A stretch of 64,000 nt of DNA from Candidatus Multivoradales bacterium (GTDB taxonomy: Bacteria > Acidobacteriota > Thermoanaerobaculia > Multivoradales > JAHEKO01), in the NCBI GenBank assembly GCA_965223155.1, contig CBDCVR010000013.1, forward strand, positions 800,001-864,000. Direction: 5' to 3'. A model generated the notes under the pieces. The model did no database searches and was not told the DNA's origin. It saw only the letters and a list, made by a program, of their open reading frames with translations. A program made the position numbers and the translations under genes. Each line of letters starts with the position of its first letter. Position 1 is the first letter of the stretch. This document shows positions 18,500 to 30,459 of the stretch, in pieces.

Positions 18500-19696
18500 T
18501 CAGGACTCGACGGTCTCCGCAACGATCTTCCACTCGCCACCCTCCCGCGCCAGCTCCAGGGCCTTGGTGACCACGTCGCTGAAGGTGTTGGACTCGTAGG
18601 ACTGGTTGAAACGCACCACCGCCCGATCCTCCTCGTCCAGCTCGAAATCCAGAAACGCCACCGAGACCTCGATGTACTCGGGCGCGGTCAAGCGCTGCCG
18701 CCGGAGAGACTCCCACGCCTCCCGGCTGGAGCCATCGGTGGGCACGAAGTCGCTGGAGTAGAGATAGAGGTAGTCATCGACCCGCTGGTCGGACCAGGCC
18801 TTGGCCCAGGCTTCGACCACAGCAGCCAGATCCGCCGGATTGGGCAAGAGGGTCTCAGACTCCACCGGGATCTCTTGGACGACCGGTTCACGCACCGTTC
18901 CGAGCATTGGCTCGGTTGGAGCCTCTTCCTCGACGACTTCCCCGGCGGCCTCCCGCTCGGCCCGGGCTCGGGCCAGGGCTTCGGCGATCGCCTCCTCCGG
19001 CGACGTGATTGGCGGGCCTTCGTCGGCCGGCTCGCCCCCGTCGTCGTGGGGCTCGCCGCCTGCTTGCGTCTCCTCGACCGGAGGACCCACCGGATCGCCC
19101 GCCTCTTCCTCGAGACGTGCGGCTTCCGAGCTAGCTACTTTGTCGGGCCTGTCCTCCGAAGCCTTCGCCGCCGCCAGCACCGCCATCTCGGTCTCCGGCA
19201 GGATCATCTCGCTCAGCATGACCAGTTCCACCGCGGACCGATCCCGCACCTGGTCCACGTTGAGCGCCCTGCCATAGGCCTCGCTTGCGAGCTGGCCGTA
19301 GATCTTGGTCAGATTCTCGTACACCGTGCGATAGGCGGGATCGGTGCGCAGGGCTTCCTTGAGGGTCTCGACCGCCAGCTCGTAGTCCCCGGCCGCGGCC
19401 TGCAGGACCGCCAGGTTGTTGTACGGTTCAGGACGGTCCGGCCGCAGCTCGGAAAGCTCTTCGTAGACCCCCTGGGCCTCTCCCTCCTTGCGCGACTCCG
19501 CCAGCATCAGGCCCCGCAGAAACAAGGCGTGCGGATCGTGCGGATTGTCCCGAAGATGCTCCGCTACGAGCCCCAGCGCTTGGTTCACCTTGCCCCGCTG
19601 GGCCAGGTCGCGGGCCTCTTCCAGGTCCGCCAAGGCCGGAGCCGACAATGCTCCGGCAAGCACAACAGTGAGAATCGCCTGGCGACAGCGCTGCAT
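18500..19696 (-). CDS. Secreted TPR protein with C-terminal NTF2-like domain
   Basis: Signal peptide; TPR 'PEPYNNLAVLQAAAGDYELA'; acidic linker; WAKAWS...YLYLYS...FNQSYES...WKIVAE. Confidence 0.8.
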   Translation of the reverse strand: MQRCRQAILTVVLAGALSAPALADLEEARDLAQRGKVNQALGLVAEHLRDNPHDPHALFLRGLMLAESRKEGEAQGVYEELSELRPDRPEPYNNLAVLQAAAGDYELAVETLKEALRTDPAYRTVYENLTKIYGQLASEAYGRALNVDQVRDRSAVELVMLSEMILPETEMAVLAAAKASEDRPDKVASSEAARLEEEAGDPVGPPVEETQAGGEPHDDGGEPADEGPPITSPEEAIAEALARARAEREAAGEVVEEEAPTEPMLGTVREPVVQEIPVESETLLPNPADLAAVVEAWAKAWSDQRVDDYLYLYSSDFVPTDGSSREAWESLRRQRLTAPEYIEVSVAFLDFELDEEDRAVVRFNQSYESNTFSDVVTKALELAREGGEWKIVAETVES

Positions 19697-19877
19697 CCGA
19701 GCTACTCCTTGGTCCGGTATCGAGATCCGGGCATTCCGGTCGGTTTGGAAGACATTTCGGCGTTGGACCGTCGAGACCGAACCTCCGGCTCCCGATCCCC
19801 CGCTTCGCCAAAAATCCTAACATGGCCGGCCGGCCCTGGCCCAATGCCCCTAGGGGCATCAAGAGTCCGCACTACGA

Positions 19878-19903
19878 TGGAACTTTGTGCGCCGCCAAGC
19901 GTT
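19878..19903 (+). promoter_or_regulatory. Putative ECF-sigma-type (autoregulatory) promoter
   Basis: TGGAAC-N16-CGTT about 30 nt upstream of the ECF sigma start, matching ECF -35 (GGAAC) / -10 (CGT) geometry. Confidence 0.5.
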
Positions 19904-19932
19904 GTAGACCATAGGTACGGAGAGCCCTGTCC

Positions 19933-20547
19933 GTGTATGCCACCCTCGAAGCGCCCCAGCCGACGATGACCACCAGCGACGGCGAGCTCTTCGAGCGATC
20001 TCGGGAGGGCAGCGAAGCCGCCTTCACCGCCCTTGTCGAGCGCCACAAGGATGGCTTGGTCGGCTATCTGTTTCGGCTGGTAGGCGATCGCGAGCGGGCC
20101 GAGGACTTCGCCCAGGAGGCCTTCTTGAGGCTGTACCACCGAAGCGGCTCGTACCGGGAGCAGGGCCAACTCAAGGCCTACCTCTTCCGGATCGCCACGA
20201 ATCTCGTGCGCTCCGAAGGGCGCCGGTCCCAGCGCTGGCTCGCGGTCCGGTCCTTGCTCGGCGGCGCCGAGATCGCCCCCGATCCGAGTCCGTTCGATCG
20301 AACCGCTCGTGCCGAGCTCCGGCAGGCGCTCGAGAACGCGCTGGTCGAGCTGCCCTTGCGATACAAGGCCCCAATCGTGTTGCGCGAGCTTCGCGATTGG
20401 TCCTACCAGGAAATCGCCGAAGCTCTGGACTGCTCCATCGGCACCGTCAAGTCCCGCCTGCATCGCGCCCGCCGCATACTGCGGGAGCGCTTGGAGTCCG
20501 ATTGGCCCGGCAACCGCGGCGCAGGAAACTCCGGCAGCCTGTCATGA
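19933..20547 (+). CDS. ECF RNA polymerase sigma-70 factor
   Basis: AEDFAQEAFLR, YLFRIATN, SYQEIAEALDCSIGTVKSRLHRAR. Confidence 0.93.
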   Translation: MYATLEAPQPTMTTSDGELFERSREGSEAAFTALVERHKDGLVGYLFRLVGDRERAEDFAQEAFLRLYHRSGSYREQGQLKAYLFRIATNLVRSEGRRSQRWLAVRSLLGGAEIAPDPSPFDRTARAELRQALENALVELPLRYKAPIVLRELRDWSYQEIAEALDCSIGTVKSRLHRARRILRERLESDWPGNRGAGNSGSLS

Positions 20548-20981
20548 GCTCGGACCGCGACTTTCTGAAGCCTCTGCTCGACGAGCTGGATGACGTCGGT
20601 GCCTCTCCCGGGTTCGCCGAACGGACGCTGTCTGCGGCCCGCAAGCGGGACCGCGCCGGCCGCGTCGGACGCCGGCTGGTGCCGGCAGTGGCCGCCGCCC
20701 TCGTCTTCGGCACGTTCGCTCTCGTGGTCTCGAGTCAGCGCAGCCAGCGCCAGAGCCTGGTCGAGGAGGCCCGCTCGCTTCGATCCCAGCACCGCGAGCT
20801 GGAGCGCGAGCTTTCGGAGCTCCGAGCCCGCACCGTGGACGTCCTGCCCGTGGTTTCCCTGGGTTCTCATGACCGGGTGGAGTACGTCCTGGACTTGACG
20901 CCTTCGATCGACCCAGCGCTCGGAGGCGCGGAGAACCTCCAGATCGTACCGGCGGCCAACGCTTCGCTCGCGACCTACTGA
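20544..20981 (+). CDS. Putative membrane anti-sigma factor
   Basis: ATGA overlap with the sigma stop; single TM segment (LVPAVAAALVFGTFALVV) followed by a coiled coil. Confidence 0.6.
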   Translation: MSSDRDFLKPLLDELDDVGASPGFAERTLSAARKRDRAGRVGRRLVPAVAAALVFGTFALVVSSQRSQRQSLVEEARSLRSQHRELERELSELRARTVDVLPVVSLGSHDRVEYVLDLTPSIDPALGGAENLQIVPAANASLATY

Positions 20982-21010
20982 CCTGTCACTCTGACCCAGC
21001 ACTTCACGAA

Positions 21011-21817
21011 ATGAACTCCCGTCTGGAGCCGAGGACCGACACCATGCCTTGCCGAATCACAGCAATCGCTCTTATCGTCGCCAGCGCGCTCCTGCCGGCC
21101 GTCGTCCGTGCCCAGGATCCTCAGCACGAGCGGCACGTTCTCCGGGTTGTGACCTCGGACGGGAAAACCACGTCCAGCCAACGCTATGTCGTCATGGATA
21201 GCGATGGGCCCGGAACCCGCGTCCTGGCGGCACCCGGACTGGCCTTCTACTCCCGGGGCTTTCTCGGCGTCCAGGTGCTCGACCTCACCTCCGAGTTGAG
21301 GACCCATTTCGGAGCGCCCACCGATCGGGGCGTCCTAGTGGCCTCGGTGACGACCAACGGACCGGCGCGCAAGGCGGGAGTCGAGGTCGCCGACGTCCTG
21401 ACCGCGATCGACGGCAGCCCGGTCTCGAGAACGCTCGACATTCCCATCCGCTTGGCCCGGCTGGACGAAGGCACCGGCGTTGCGCTCGAAATCTGGCGCG
21501 ACCACGAGCCCCAAGTGCTGCACGCCAAGATCCAGTACCGGCCCGGCCCCCCAGGGGGAGGACCCGGTACTCACCTGCGGCGGCGGCAGGTCGTCGTGAG
21601 CGAGAGGGAGGGCGGCACCGTGCGGGTTTTGGACATCGATCCGGAAGCCATCGACCGGACCGTGCGCGAGTTCGAGCAGAAGTTCCAGCGCGGCGAAATC
21701 CGGGACCGCCTCCACGCGATCGGCGCCGATCGCCGGGCTCTCTTGGAGCGCATCGAGGAGCTGGAGACTCGCCTACGCCAGCTCGAGGCGCAGCTCGACC
21801 GGCTGCCCGAGCGCTAG
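21011..21817 (+). CDS. Secreted PDZ-domain protein with C-terminal coiled coil
   Basis: GFLGVQVLDLT...GVLVASVTTNGPARKAGVEVADVLTAIDG; signal peptide; no protease domain seen. Confidence 0.82.
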   Translation: MNSRLEPRTDTMPCRITAIALIVASALLPAVVRAQDPQHERHVLRVVTSDGKTTSSQRYVVMDSDGPGTRVLAAPGLAFYSRGFLGVQVLDLTSELRTHFGAPTDRGVLVASVTTNGPARKAGVEVADVLTAIDGSPVSRTLDIPIRLARLDEGTGVALEIWRDHEPQVLHAKIQYRPGPPGGGPGTHLRRRQVVVSEREGGTVRVLDIDPEAIDRTVREFEQKFQRGEIRDRLHAIGADRRALLERIEELETRLRQLEAQLDRLPER

Positions 21818-22755
21818 CCCGACTCCAGATCGGCCCTCGGACCTGTCCCCGGACCCGTCTTCGAACCCTGCCGATATCCGGCCCGTCGCCCGACTCGGCG
21901 CTCGGCCCGGCGTTCGAGTGCGGCCGCGATGTCGGCCCCGACGAAAACCGAGGCGGCCGATAGGTAGAGCCAGAGCATCCACACCAGGATGCCTCCCAGG
22001 ACACCGTAGACCAGCGTCAGTCCCGTGGCCCGCTCCAAGTAGTAGCGAAACAGCAGCGTACCCACGACCCAGAGCACGGTTCCCGCGGCCGAGCCGAGCG
22101 CGATCGCCCGCAGCGAACGAGGATGCTTCGGTACCGGCAGCACGTAGTACAGGATGCCCAGCTCGATCCCCATGCCGATCCAAACCAGGGGCCAGCGCAG
22201 GCTTCCGGCCAGGGCCTCGAGGCCCAGCGCGACCGCCAGCCTGGGTCCAGCCAGGACCAACACCGCGCCGACGATCAGGAAGGCGGAGTTGCCTACGAGC
22301 AGCAGCAGCGCCAGCGCCTTCTTGCGCCACCAGGGCCGCGGACGCCGGGCGCGGTAGGCGCGGTTGATGCCGTGCGCCAATGAGTCGATGACGTTCGAAG
22401 CGCCCCAGAGGCTCAGGAGCGCCGAGAAGGACAGGAAGCCGGCGCTCGAAGCGGTCTTGATCTCCTGAATTAGAGCGGTCACGACGGTCCGGGCCTGGGG
22501 CGGCAGCTCGTCGGCGACCGAATGAACGAACCCTTCCAGGGCCTCCTGGCTGCCGACGAGCCCCGCAAACGAGAAGACGACCATCAGCGCCGGAACCGTC
22601 GACAGCGACAGGTAGAAGGCGGCGCGAGCCGATTCGGCCGAGCCCAAGCCCTTCTCGGCCGCCACCGCCACGATCCGCACCGCGTCGCGAAGCGGGACCA
22701 GGAACCGGCCGGCAGAGCCGTTTCGAGGAGCCACCGGCGGTTCGGTCGCGGTCAT
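21814..22755 (-). CDS. YihY/virulence factor BrkB family membrane protein
   Basis: AAFYLSLSTVP, LSLWGAS...INRAY, VYGVLGGILVWMLWLYLSA. Confidence 0.85.
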   Translation of the reverse strand: MTATEPPVAPRNGSAGRFLVPLRDAVRIVAVAAEKGLGSAESARAAFYLSLSTVPALMVVFSFAGLVGSQEALEGFVHSVADELPPQARTVVTALIQEIKTASSAGFLSFSALLSLWGASNVIDSLAHGINRAYRARRPRPWWRKKALALLLLVGNSAFLIVGAVLVLAGPRLAVALGLEALAGSLRWPLVWIGMGIELGILYYVLPVPKHPRSLRAIALGSAAGTVLWVVGTLLFRYYLERATGLTLVYGVLGGILVWMLWLYLSAASVFVGADIAAALERRAERRVGRRAGYRQGSKTGPGTGPRADLESG

Positions 22756-22840
22756 GGTCCGATAGGATACAGGGCCCTGAGCGCCCCTTGGGGCAACGCT
22801 GCAAGCCGCGCCGCCCATAGGCACCACGCTCCCGACCAAA

Positions 22841-24100
22841 ATGAGAATTTACCCCTTTCAAGGCGTTCGCTACTCGGGTTCCGAGCCCGGACGCCACGCC
22901 GCGCCTCCCTACGACCAGATCAACGACGCGCTGCGGGACCAGCTGCACGCCGACGAGCTGAGCTTCGCCCAACTCACGCGCCCGGCGGCCACGAACCGAT
23001 CCGAGGGGCACGCCCGCGCCGCGCGGACCCACGCCGACTGGCTCGCCTCCGGAGTGATCGCGGTCGACGACGAACCCGGGCTTTACCCCTATCGCATCGA
23101 GCTCGCCGGCGGCGGCGAACGGTTTGGCCTGGTGGCTCTCGTCGGCATCGAGCCGCCCGACTCTCTGGTCATCCGCCGCCACGAACACACGATCTCGAAG
23201 ACCGTTGACGAGCGCTTGGAGCTGGTGCGCACGCTGCGCGCCGACCTGGGACCGGTTCTGCTCTTGAGCGAGGACGACGGCAGTCTGGACGAGCTGCTGG
23301 CCGCGGATTGCGCCGACGCCCCCCTGGCGGAGCATCAGGACGCCGACGGCAACCGCCACTTCCTCTTCCGCGTCGCCGACAGCGCCCGTCTCGAAGCCTA
23401 CCGCCAAGCCCTCAGAGAGGCTCCGGGCCTTATCGCCGACGGCCACCACCGCTACAAGGTCGGTGGCCTGTTCGCGCGCGAGGCCGGCGCGAAGCCGGGC
23501 GAGGCCGCGGCCGCGAAGCTGGCCGTAGTGACCAGCCTGCGCTCTCGCGCGCTCACCATCGACCCGATTCACCGGGCCTTGCCGGTGCCGGTGCCGCTCG
23601 CCGGCTCCCAGCTCGAAGGCCTGGTGCTCGAGGAACGCCCCACCGAAGCGTCCAGTGGCAGCGCTCTGGCGGCCGCGGTGGCCGAGGCCGGCCAGCCGGC
23701 CCTTGGCATTCTCGACGCACAGGGCGGGCGAATCTTCCGCTTGGAGGCCGGACACGGACCGAACGACCTGCCGGCGGCGGCCTCAGAGCTCTCGGTGGTC
23801 CTCCTCCATCACGCGCTTCTGCCCCGGCTCGGTTTCGCGCCCGGGGCCGCTACAGACGGCACGATCCTCTACCGCTCGGATCCCGACGAGCTTTGGAGCC
23901 TGATCCGCCAGGCCACCGATGGCAACGCCGGTATCGCTGACGGAGCGCCACGAACCGGTATCTTCCTGCCGCCCATGAGTGCCGAGGGCTTTGCCGGTGC
24001 CATCGCCGACGGAGACATCTTGCCGCCCAAGTCGACTCGCTTCCTGCCCAAGGTGGTGAGCGGCTTGGTGTGGTCCACTCACGAGTCGCGGCTCGGCTAG
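22841..24100 (+). CDS. DUF1015 family protein
   Basis: PFQGVRY, APPYD, RRHEHT, IADGHHRY, PPKSTRFLPKVVSGL. Confidence 0.85.
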   Translation: MRIYPFQGVRYSGSEPGRHAAPPYDQINDALRDQLHADELSFAQLTRPAATNRSEGHARAARTHADWLASGVIAVDDEPGLYPYRIELAGGGERFGLVALVGIEPPDSLVIRRHEHTISKTVDERLELVRTLRADLGPVLLLSEDDGSLDELLAADCADAPLAEHQDADGNRHFLFRVADSARLEAYRQALREAPGLIADGHHRYKVGGLFAREAGAKPGEAAAAKLAVVTSLRSRALTIDPIHRALPVPVPLAGSQLEGLVLEERPTEASSGSALAAAVAEAGQPALGILDAQGGRIFRLEAGHGPNDLPAAASELSVVLLHHALLPRLGFAPGAATDGTILYRSDPDELWSLIRQATDGNAGIADGAPRTGIFLPPMSAEGFAGAIADGDILPPKSTRFLPKVVSGLVWSTHESRLG

Positions 24101-24152
24101 ACGGCCGAGCGCGTTTTCGACAACGACCCGGTCCGAGCCCGAGAAGCCTCTG

Positions 24153-24545
24153 ATGCCGACGTTCAAGCGGCCCGACGGCAAGCCGCAGGTTCACTTCGAC
24201 CCGGCTCTGGAGATCACTCCGTTCACGCTCTACCGGCGCTTGCGCGACGGCCGCGCGCCCGTCCTCGTCGACGCTCGGTCTGAGCCGGCGACCCCGCGCA
24301 GCCTCGCCGGAGCCCTGCACCGGCCTGACGCGGGCTGGCGTCCGGCCGGCAAGGACGTGGACGTGGTCGTCTTCGACGAGGACGGCTCGGAAGCGATGGA
24401 CTGGGTTCTGGAACTCCAGCACGAAGGCTACAGCCGGGTGCGCCTGCTCTTCGGTGGACTCGACCTCTACGAATTCTCGCTCGATCCCGAGGTGGTGGGC
24501 GACGAAACCTTCCTGAATGGCACTGGCCTGATCGACACTGGCTAG
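24153..24545 (+). CDS. Rhodanese-like domain protein (probably non-catalytic)
   Basis: PVLVDAR...LAGA...VVVFDEDG...GYSRVRLLFGG; Asp where the catalytic Cys is expected. Confidence 0.65.
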   Translation: MPTFKRPDGKPQVHFDPALEITPFTLYRRLRDGRAPVLVDARSEPATPRSLAGALHRPDAGWRPAGKDVDVVVFDEDGSEAMDWVLELQHEGYSRVRLLFGGLDLYEFSLDPEVVGDETFLNGTGLIDTG

Positions 24546-24572
24546 GCCGCAACGCCGACTGAGCGCCGGCGC

Positions 24573-25602
<1,030 letters not shown>

Positions 25603-25613
<11 letters not shown>

Positions 25614-27483
25614 CTTCGTCTCCTTGGAGGATCGTCCGGATGCGGTCGTATAGCTCGCTCCGGAAGAAGGGCTTGCCTTCGACCTTGGTGTACGAGTGGA
25701 CGTCCTTCAGGAACGTGCCGCGTAGCACGAAGGCAAGCTGGCCCATGTTCATCTCGGGTACCAGGACGCGCGGGTAGCGCTCCAGCAGAGCACCCAGATT
25801 CCGGGGAAAGGGGTTCAGATGGCGCAAATGGGCACGGGCGACCTTGAAGCCGTCCTTGCGGGCCAGATTGACGGCGCCGGTGATGGCTCCGAGGGTACTG
25901 CCCCAACCCAGCACCAGCAGCTCCGCGTCGGCGTCGCCGGCCACCTCCAACTCGGGAAGATTATCGGCGATCCGCGCGACCTTCTCGGCCCGCAGGTCGG
26001 TCATGAGCTGATGGTTGGCCGGATCGTAGGACACGTTGCCGGTCAGGTTCTCCTTCTCGAGGCCGCCGATGCGGTGCTCGAGTCCCGGAGTACCCGGAAT
26101 GGCCCAGGGACGTGCCAGCGTGTCCTCGTCACGCGAGTACGGCTGGTAGTTCTCGGGATCTTGGTGAAAATCCCGGCGCAGGTCGGGGAGATCCTCGATC
26201 TTGGGCAGCATCCAGGGCTCCGAACCATTGGCGATGTAGCCATCCGAGAGCAGCATCACCGGCACCATGTACTTGAGCGCGATACGGCAGGCTTCGATGG
26301 TGGCCTCGAAGGCGTCGCCTGGAGTCGCGGCGGCCACGACCGGCAGCGGGCACTCACCGTTACGGCCGTAGAGGGCCTGCAACAGGTCGGACTGCTCGGT
26401 CTTGGTGGGCAATCCGGTCGAGGGTCCGCCGCGCTGGATGTTGCAGACCACCAGGGGCAGCTCGACCATAACCGCCAGCCCCAGAGCCTCGCCCTTGAGG
26501 GCCAGGCCGGGACCACTGGTCGTCGTCACCGCCAGGGCGCCGCCGAAGGCCGCGCCCACCGTCGAACAGACAGCGGCGATCTCATCCTCGGCCTGAAACG
26601 TGGTTACTCCGAAGGACTTGTACCGCGACAGCTCGTGCAGGATGTCGCTGGCTGGGGTGATCGGATAGGACCCGAGAAAGAGCGGCAAACCGCTCCTGCG
26701 GCTGGCCGCCACCAGTCCTAGCGCCACTGCGCTGTTGCCCATGACGTTGCGGTAGGTGCCCGGGGGCAGGGTCGCTGGATCCACCTCGTAACGCGTCTGA
26801 AACGCCTGGGTGATGTCGCAGTAGTTGTAGCCGGCCTTCATCGCCAGGATGTTGGCCTCGGCGATCTCGGGACGCTTGGCGAACTTCTTGCGCAGCCAGT
26901 CGATCGAGGTGTCCAGCGGCCGGCTGAACAGCCAGTAAACCATCCCCAGGGCCAGAAAGTTCTTGCACCGGTTCTTGGTGCGACCGTCGAGGTCGACTTC
27001 CTCGAGCGCGCGCATGGTCATCTTGGTGATTCCGGCCGTATAGACCCGGTACTGCGCCAGTGAGTCGCCTTCGAGCGGACTGGTCTCGTACCCGGCCTTC
27101 TTCAGATTCCCGGCCTTGAACTCGTCGGTGTTGACGATCAGGATGCCGTTGGGCTTCAAATCCCCGATCGATTTCTTGAGAGCCGCCGGATTCATCGCCA
27201 CCAAGACATCCGGACGGTCCCCCGGCGTGTGGATGTCGTAGTCCGCGATCCGGACCTGAAAGGCCGAAACCCCGGGCAGAGTGCCCGCTGGGGCGCGAAT
27301 CTCCGCCGGGAAGTCCGGCAAGGTGGCCAGATCGTTGCCAACCAGTGCGGAGGTGCTGGTGAACTGGCTCCCGGTCAACTGCATGCCGTCGCCGGAGTCT
27401 CCGGCAAACCGGACGACGACGTCGTCTAGCCGCTCGGCGACGACGTTTCTCGGGGTCGACTCTTCGGCACTCGTCTCTGTCAT
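25603..27483 (-). CDS. korA: 2-oxoacid:ferredoxin oxidoreductase alpha subunit (gamma-alpha fusion)
   Basis: FAGDSGDGMQLTG, YPITPAS, QAEDEIAA, TTTSGPG, QRGGPSTGLPTKTEQSD. Confidence 0.93.
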
Positions 27484-27515
27484 GAAAGTCCTCGGATGCT
27501 CGTTCCGAGCCGGCG

Positions 27516-28139
27516 TCAGGCCGCCGGGCTCTGTTGGTCGCCCTGGCGGCGCCTGGCCTCGGCGACAAGGTCGATGATGCCTTCACGGATCAGGGCGCGT
27601 TGCGCTTCTTCCTCGGGATAGCGCGGGCGGTAGCCGAGCTGGCTCGGGTCATAGGTGTAGGGCTTTTGCAGCTCTTCTTTGGTGGCGATCGATTGGTCGC
27701 GGCTGAAATAGGCCATGTCGTAGTTGTTGCTCATGATGATGGCTTCTTCTGGGCAAGCGTCGACGCAGTACCCGCAGAAGACGCAACGCAGCATGTCGAT
27801 GTCGTAGACAATTGGATACTTCTCCACGTTGACGTCGGGATGTTCCCCGGCCTCGATGTGAATGCATTCGGCCGGGCAGGCGGTCGCGCACAGAAAGCAG
27901 GCCACGCAGCGAAGCGAGCCGTCCGGCCTGGTGGTCAGGATGTGGTGGCCGCGAAAGCGGTGGGAGTACGCCCGGCGCTCTTCCGGGTAGTGAATGGTGT
28001 AGCTCCGTCCCCGGCCCAGGAGGTTGCGGACGAAGTGGCGCATGGTGATCCACAACCCCTTGACCAGGGGCAGGTACAGCCTCTCGGCCAGTGTATAGCG
28101 GTACGGGCGGGTCGCGGTCGGATGAGGCGAGCCGGTCAT
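27516..28139 (-). CDS. nuoI: NADH-quinone oxidoreductase subunit I (2x[4Fe-4S])
   Basis: CVACFLCATACP and CVFCGYCVDACP; ATG 28139 overlaps the nuoCD stop (ATGA). Confidence 0.9.
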   Translation of the reverse strand: MTGSPHPTATRPYRYTLAERLYLPLVKGLWITMRHFVRNLLGRGRSYTIHYPEERRAYSHRFRGHHILTTRPDGSLRCVACFLCATACPAECIHIEAGEHPDVNVEKYPIVYDIDMLRCVFCGYCVDACPEEAIIMSNNYDMAYFSRDQSIATKEELQKPYTYDPSQLGYRPRYPEEEAQRALIREGIIDLVAEARRRQGDQQSPAA

Positions 28140-29842
28140 CGTTCCAGCTCCCCGGCAATAACGTTGAGACCGCCAAGAGAGACAACCGCATCGGAGATCG
28201 TGCCCCCTTCGATCAGACTCGAAAACGTCGAGAAGATCGGGAAACACGGCGGCCGCACCTTCAAGCGATAGGGCTTGCCGGAGCCGTCCGAGACGGCGTA
28301 GAAGCCCAGCTCGCCGTTGGCGCCCTCCACCATCGAGTAGAGCTCGCCGGGAGGTACCTGAATGCCGTCCATGATGAGCTTGAAGTGATAGATCATCGAC
28401 TCCATGTGGGTGTAGGCCCGGTCCTTGGGCGGCAGCGCCACATGGGGATCGTCGACGATGTGGGGCCCTTCGGGCATGCCCCGGTCCAGAAGCTGGCGGA
28501 TGATCTTGAGGGACTCGCGAGCTTCGGCCATGCGCACGCGGTAGCGGTCGTGAACGTCGCCACCGTGGAGCACCGGAACGCTCCAATCCACGGTGTCGTA
28601 GAGATCGTAGGGATGGTCCCGCCGGACGTCGTAGTCGACCCCTGAGGCCCGTAGACACGGGCCCGTCCAGCCCCAGTTGACGGCGTCCTCGCCGCAGATC
28701 GCGGCCACGCCCACCGCGCGGTCGAGCCAGATCCGGTTGCGGGTGATGAGGCCCTCGACGTCGTCCAGAAAGGCCGGGATGGTCTCCAGGAGACGCCGGC
28801 TGCGCGCTTCGAAATCTGGCGGCAGGTCGTTGGCGAGCCCACCGATGCGGCAATAGGAAACCGTGAGCCGCGCCCCGGCGCAGGCCTCGAGTAGGCCGTA
28901 AATCTCCTCCCGCGGTTGAAACAGATACCAGAAATTGGTCAAGGCACCGGCGTCAACCAGGGTCGATCCGTTGCACACACAGTGGTCCATGATCCGGGAG
29001 AACTCGGACAGAATGGTCCGCGCCCAAGCCGCCTTGGGCGGCGCCTCGATGCCGAGGAGCTTCTCGACCGTTCGGCAGTAGGCAACGTTGTTGATCAATG
29101 ACGAGCAGTAGTTGAGGCGGTCGGTGTACGGGATCACCTGCTGCCAGGTATGGGTCTCGGCCATCTTCTCGAAGCAGCGGTGCAGGTAGCCGATCTCGAC
29201 TTCGCTGGCGGTGATGATCTCCCCGTCCAGGTTGGCCACCACGCGGAAGGTCCCGTGCATCGCCGGATGCGAGGGACCGATATTGATGGTCATCTGCTCG
29301 AACATGTCGTCCGGGCTCTTGACCTCAGGCTCGGGCAGGGGCCGGTAGACCTTGTCGTCGGTCAGGATCCAGCGCCGGGCCGGGTCGTAGTCCTTGCGTA
29401 GCGGGTGGCCCTGAAAGGCATCGTGGGTCAGGATCCGGCGCAGGTTCGGATGCCCGTCGAAGCGGAGGCCGAACATGTCCCAGGCCTCGCGCTCGAACCA
29501 GTCGGCGGCTTTCCAGACTTCCGTGAGCGACGGCAGCACCGGATCCTCTTCGGGCACCGGAACCTTGAGGCGCAAGCGCTCGTGGCGGCTCACCGAATAG
29601 AGGTGGTAGACGGCTTCGAAGCGGTCTTCCCCGCTCCCCGCGCGCTCGGGATAGTCGACCCCGCACAGGTCCAGCAGCAAATCGAAGCCACGCTCCCGGT
29701 CGGCCTGGAGGGCGCGGGCGACGCCGGCCAGAGCCTCGCGCCGGACGATCCAGGTCGGCTGGTCCAGGCCTTCGAGCTGGGTGACGCCGTCGCTGGCGAC
29801 GCCGTCAAGCAGCGGCGCTGGAGCCGTTTCCGTTACCGGCAC
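28136..29842 (-). CDS. nuoCD: NADH-quinone oxidoreductase fused subunit C/D
   Basis: [11 protein letters not shown]...GHPLRKDY (C); [25 protein letters not shown] (D). Confidence 0.92.
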   Translation of the reverse strand: MPVTETAPAPLLDGVASDGVTQLEGLDQPTWIVRREALAGVARALQADRERGFDLLLDLCGVDYPERAGSGEDRFEAVYHLYSVSRHERLRLKVPVPEEDPVLPSLTEVWKAADWFEREAWDMFGLRFDGHPNLRRILTHDAFQGHPLRKDYDPARRWILTDDKVYRPLPEPEVKSPDDMFEQMTINIGPSHPAMHGTFRVVANLDGEIITASEVEIGYLHRCFEKMAETHTWQQVIPYTDRLNYCSSLINNVAYCRTVEKLLGIEAPPKAAWARTILSEFSRIMDHCVCNGSTLVDAGALTNFWYLFQPREEIYGLLEACAGARLTVSYCRIGGLANDLPPDFEARSRRLLETIPAFLDDVEGLITRNRIWLDRAVGVAAICGEDAVNWGWTGPCLRASGVDYDVRRDHPYDLYDTVDWSVPVLHGGDVHDRYRVRMAEARESLKIIRQLLDRGMPEGPHIVDDPHVALPPKDRAYTHMESMIYHFKLIMDGIQVPPGELYSMVEGANGELGFYAVSDGSGKPYRLKVRPPCFPIFSTFSSLIEGGTISDAVVSLGGLNVIAGELER

Positions 29843-30317
29843 TTGGACTCTTGGCTTTCCTCGAGCGCTTCCGGTCGCGTTCGATCTTCTGTTTGAGCTG
29901 GAGAATGCCGTGAATCAGCCCCTCCGGCGTGGGCGGGCAGCCGGGGACGTAGACGTCCACGGGCACGATCTCGTCGATGCCCTGCATGACGTGGTACGCC
30001 CGGTAGAAACCTCCCGAGCACGCGCAGGCTCCCATCGAGATAACCCACTTGGGATCCGGCATCTGGTCGTAGATCCGGCGCAGCACCGGTCCCATCTTGT
30101 CGGTGATGGTGCCGGCGACGATCATGACGTCGCTCTGCCGGGGCGAGAACCGGACGACCTCGTAGCCGAACCGGGACATGTCGTAGTGGCTCGACACCGT
30201 GCCCATGAACTCGATGGCGCAGCAAGCGGTGCCGAACGGCAGCGGCCAGAACGAGTTGTTGCGGCCCCAGTCTTCGAGCTTTTCGAGCGTGGTCGTTACC
30301 CAGGATTCGCCGATCAC
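29805..30317 (-). CDS. nuoB: NADH-quinone oxidoreductase subunit B
   Basis: [33 protein letters not shown]. Confidence 0.92.
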   Translation of the reverse strand: MIGESWVTTTLEKLEDWGRNNSFWPLPFGTACCAIEFMGTVSSHYDMSRFGYEVVRFSPRQSDVMIVAGTITDKMGPVLRRIYDQMPDPKWVISMGACACSGGFYRAYHVMQGIDEIVPVDVYVPGCPPTPEGLIHGILQLKQKIERDRKRSRKAKSPSAGNGNGSSAAA

Positions 30318-30459
30318 GGCCGCTCCTCTCGCGGGCAGCTTAGCGCATGTTCGTGGCGGTCACAAGCTAGCTCGCGGGCTGCCACGGACTCATAATAGCG
30401 TCCGTTTGGACCACCCTGAGAGGGCCCCGTACCGAGCTCGCTCCGGGTCTGCTCGAGGC

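Noticed and set aside
28136-29842. Group 4 [NiFe]-hydrogenase large subunit
   Set aside because: No N- or C-terminal CxxC nickel motifs; the motifs are NuoD-type
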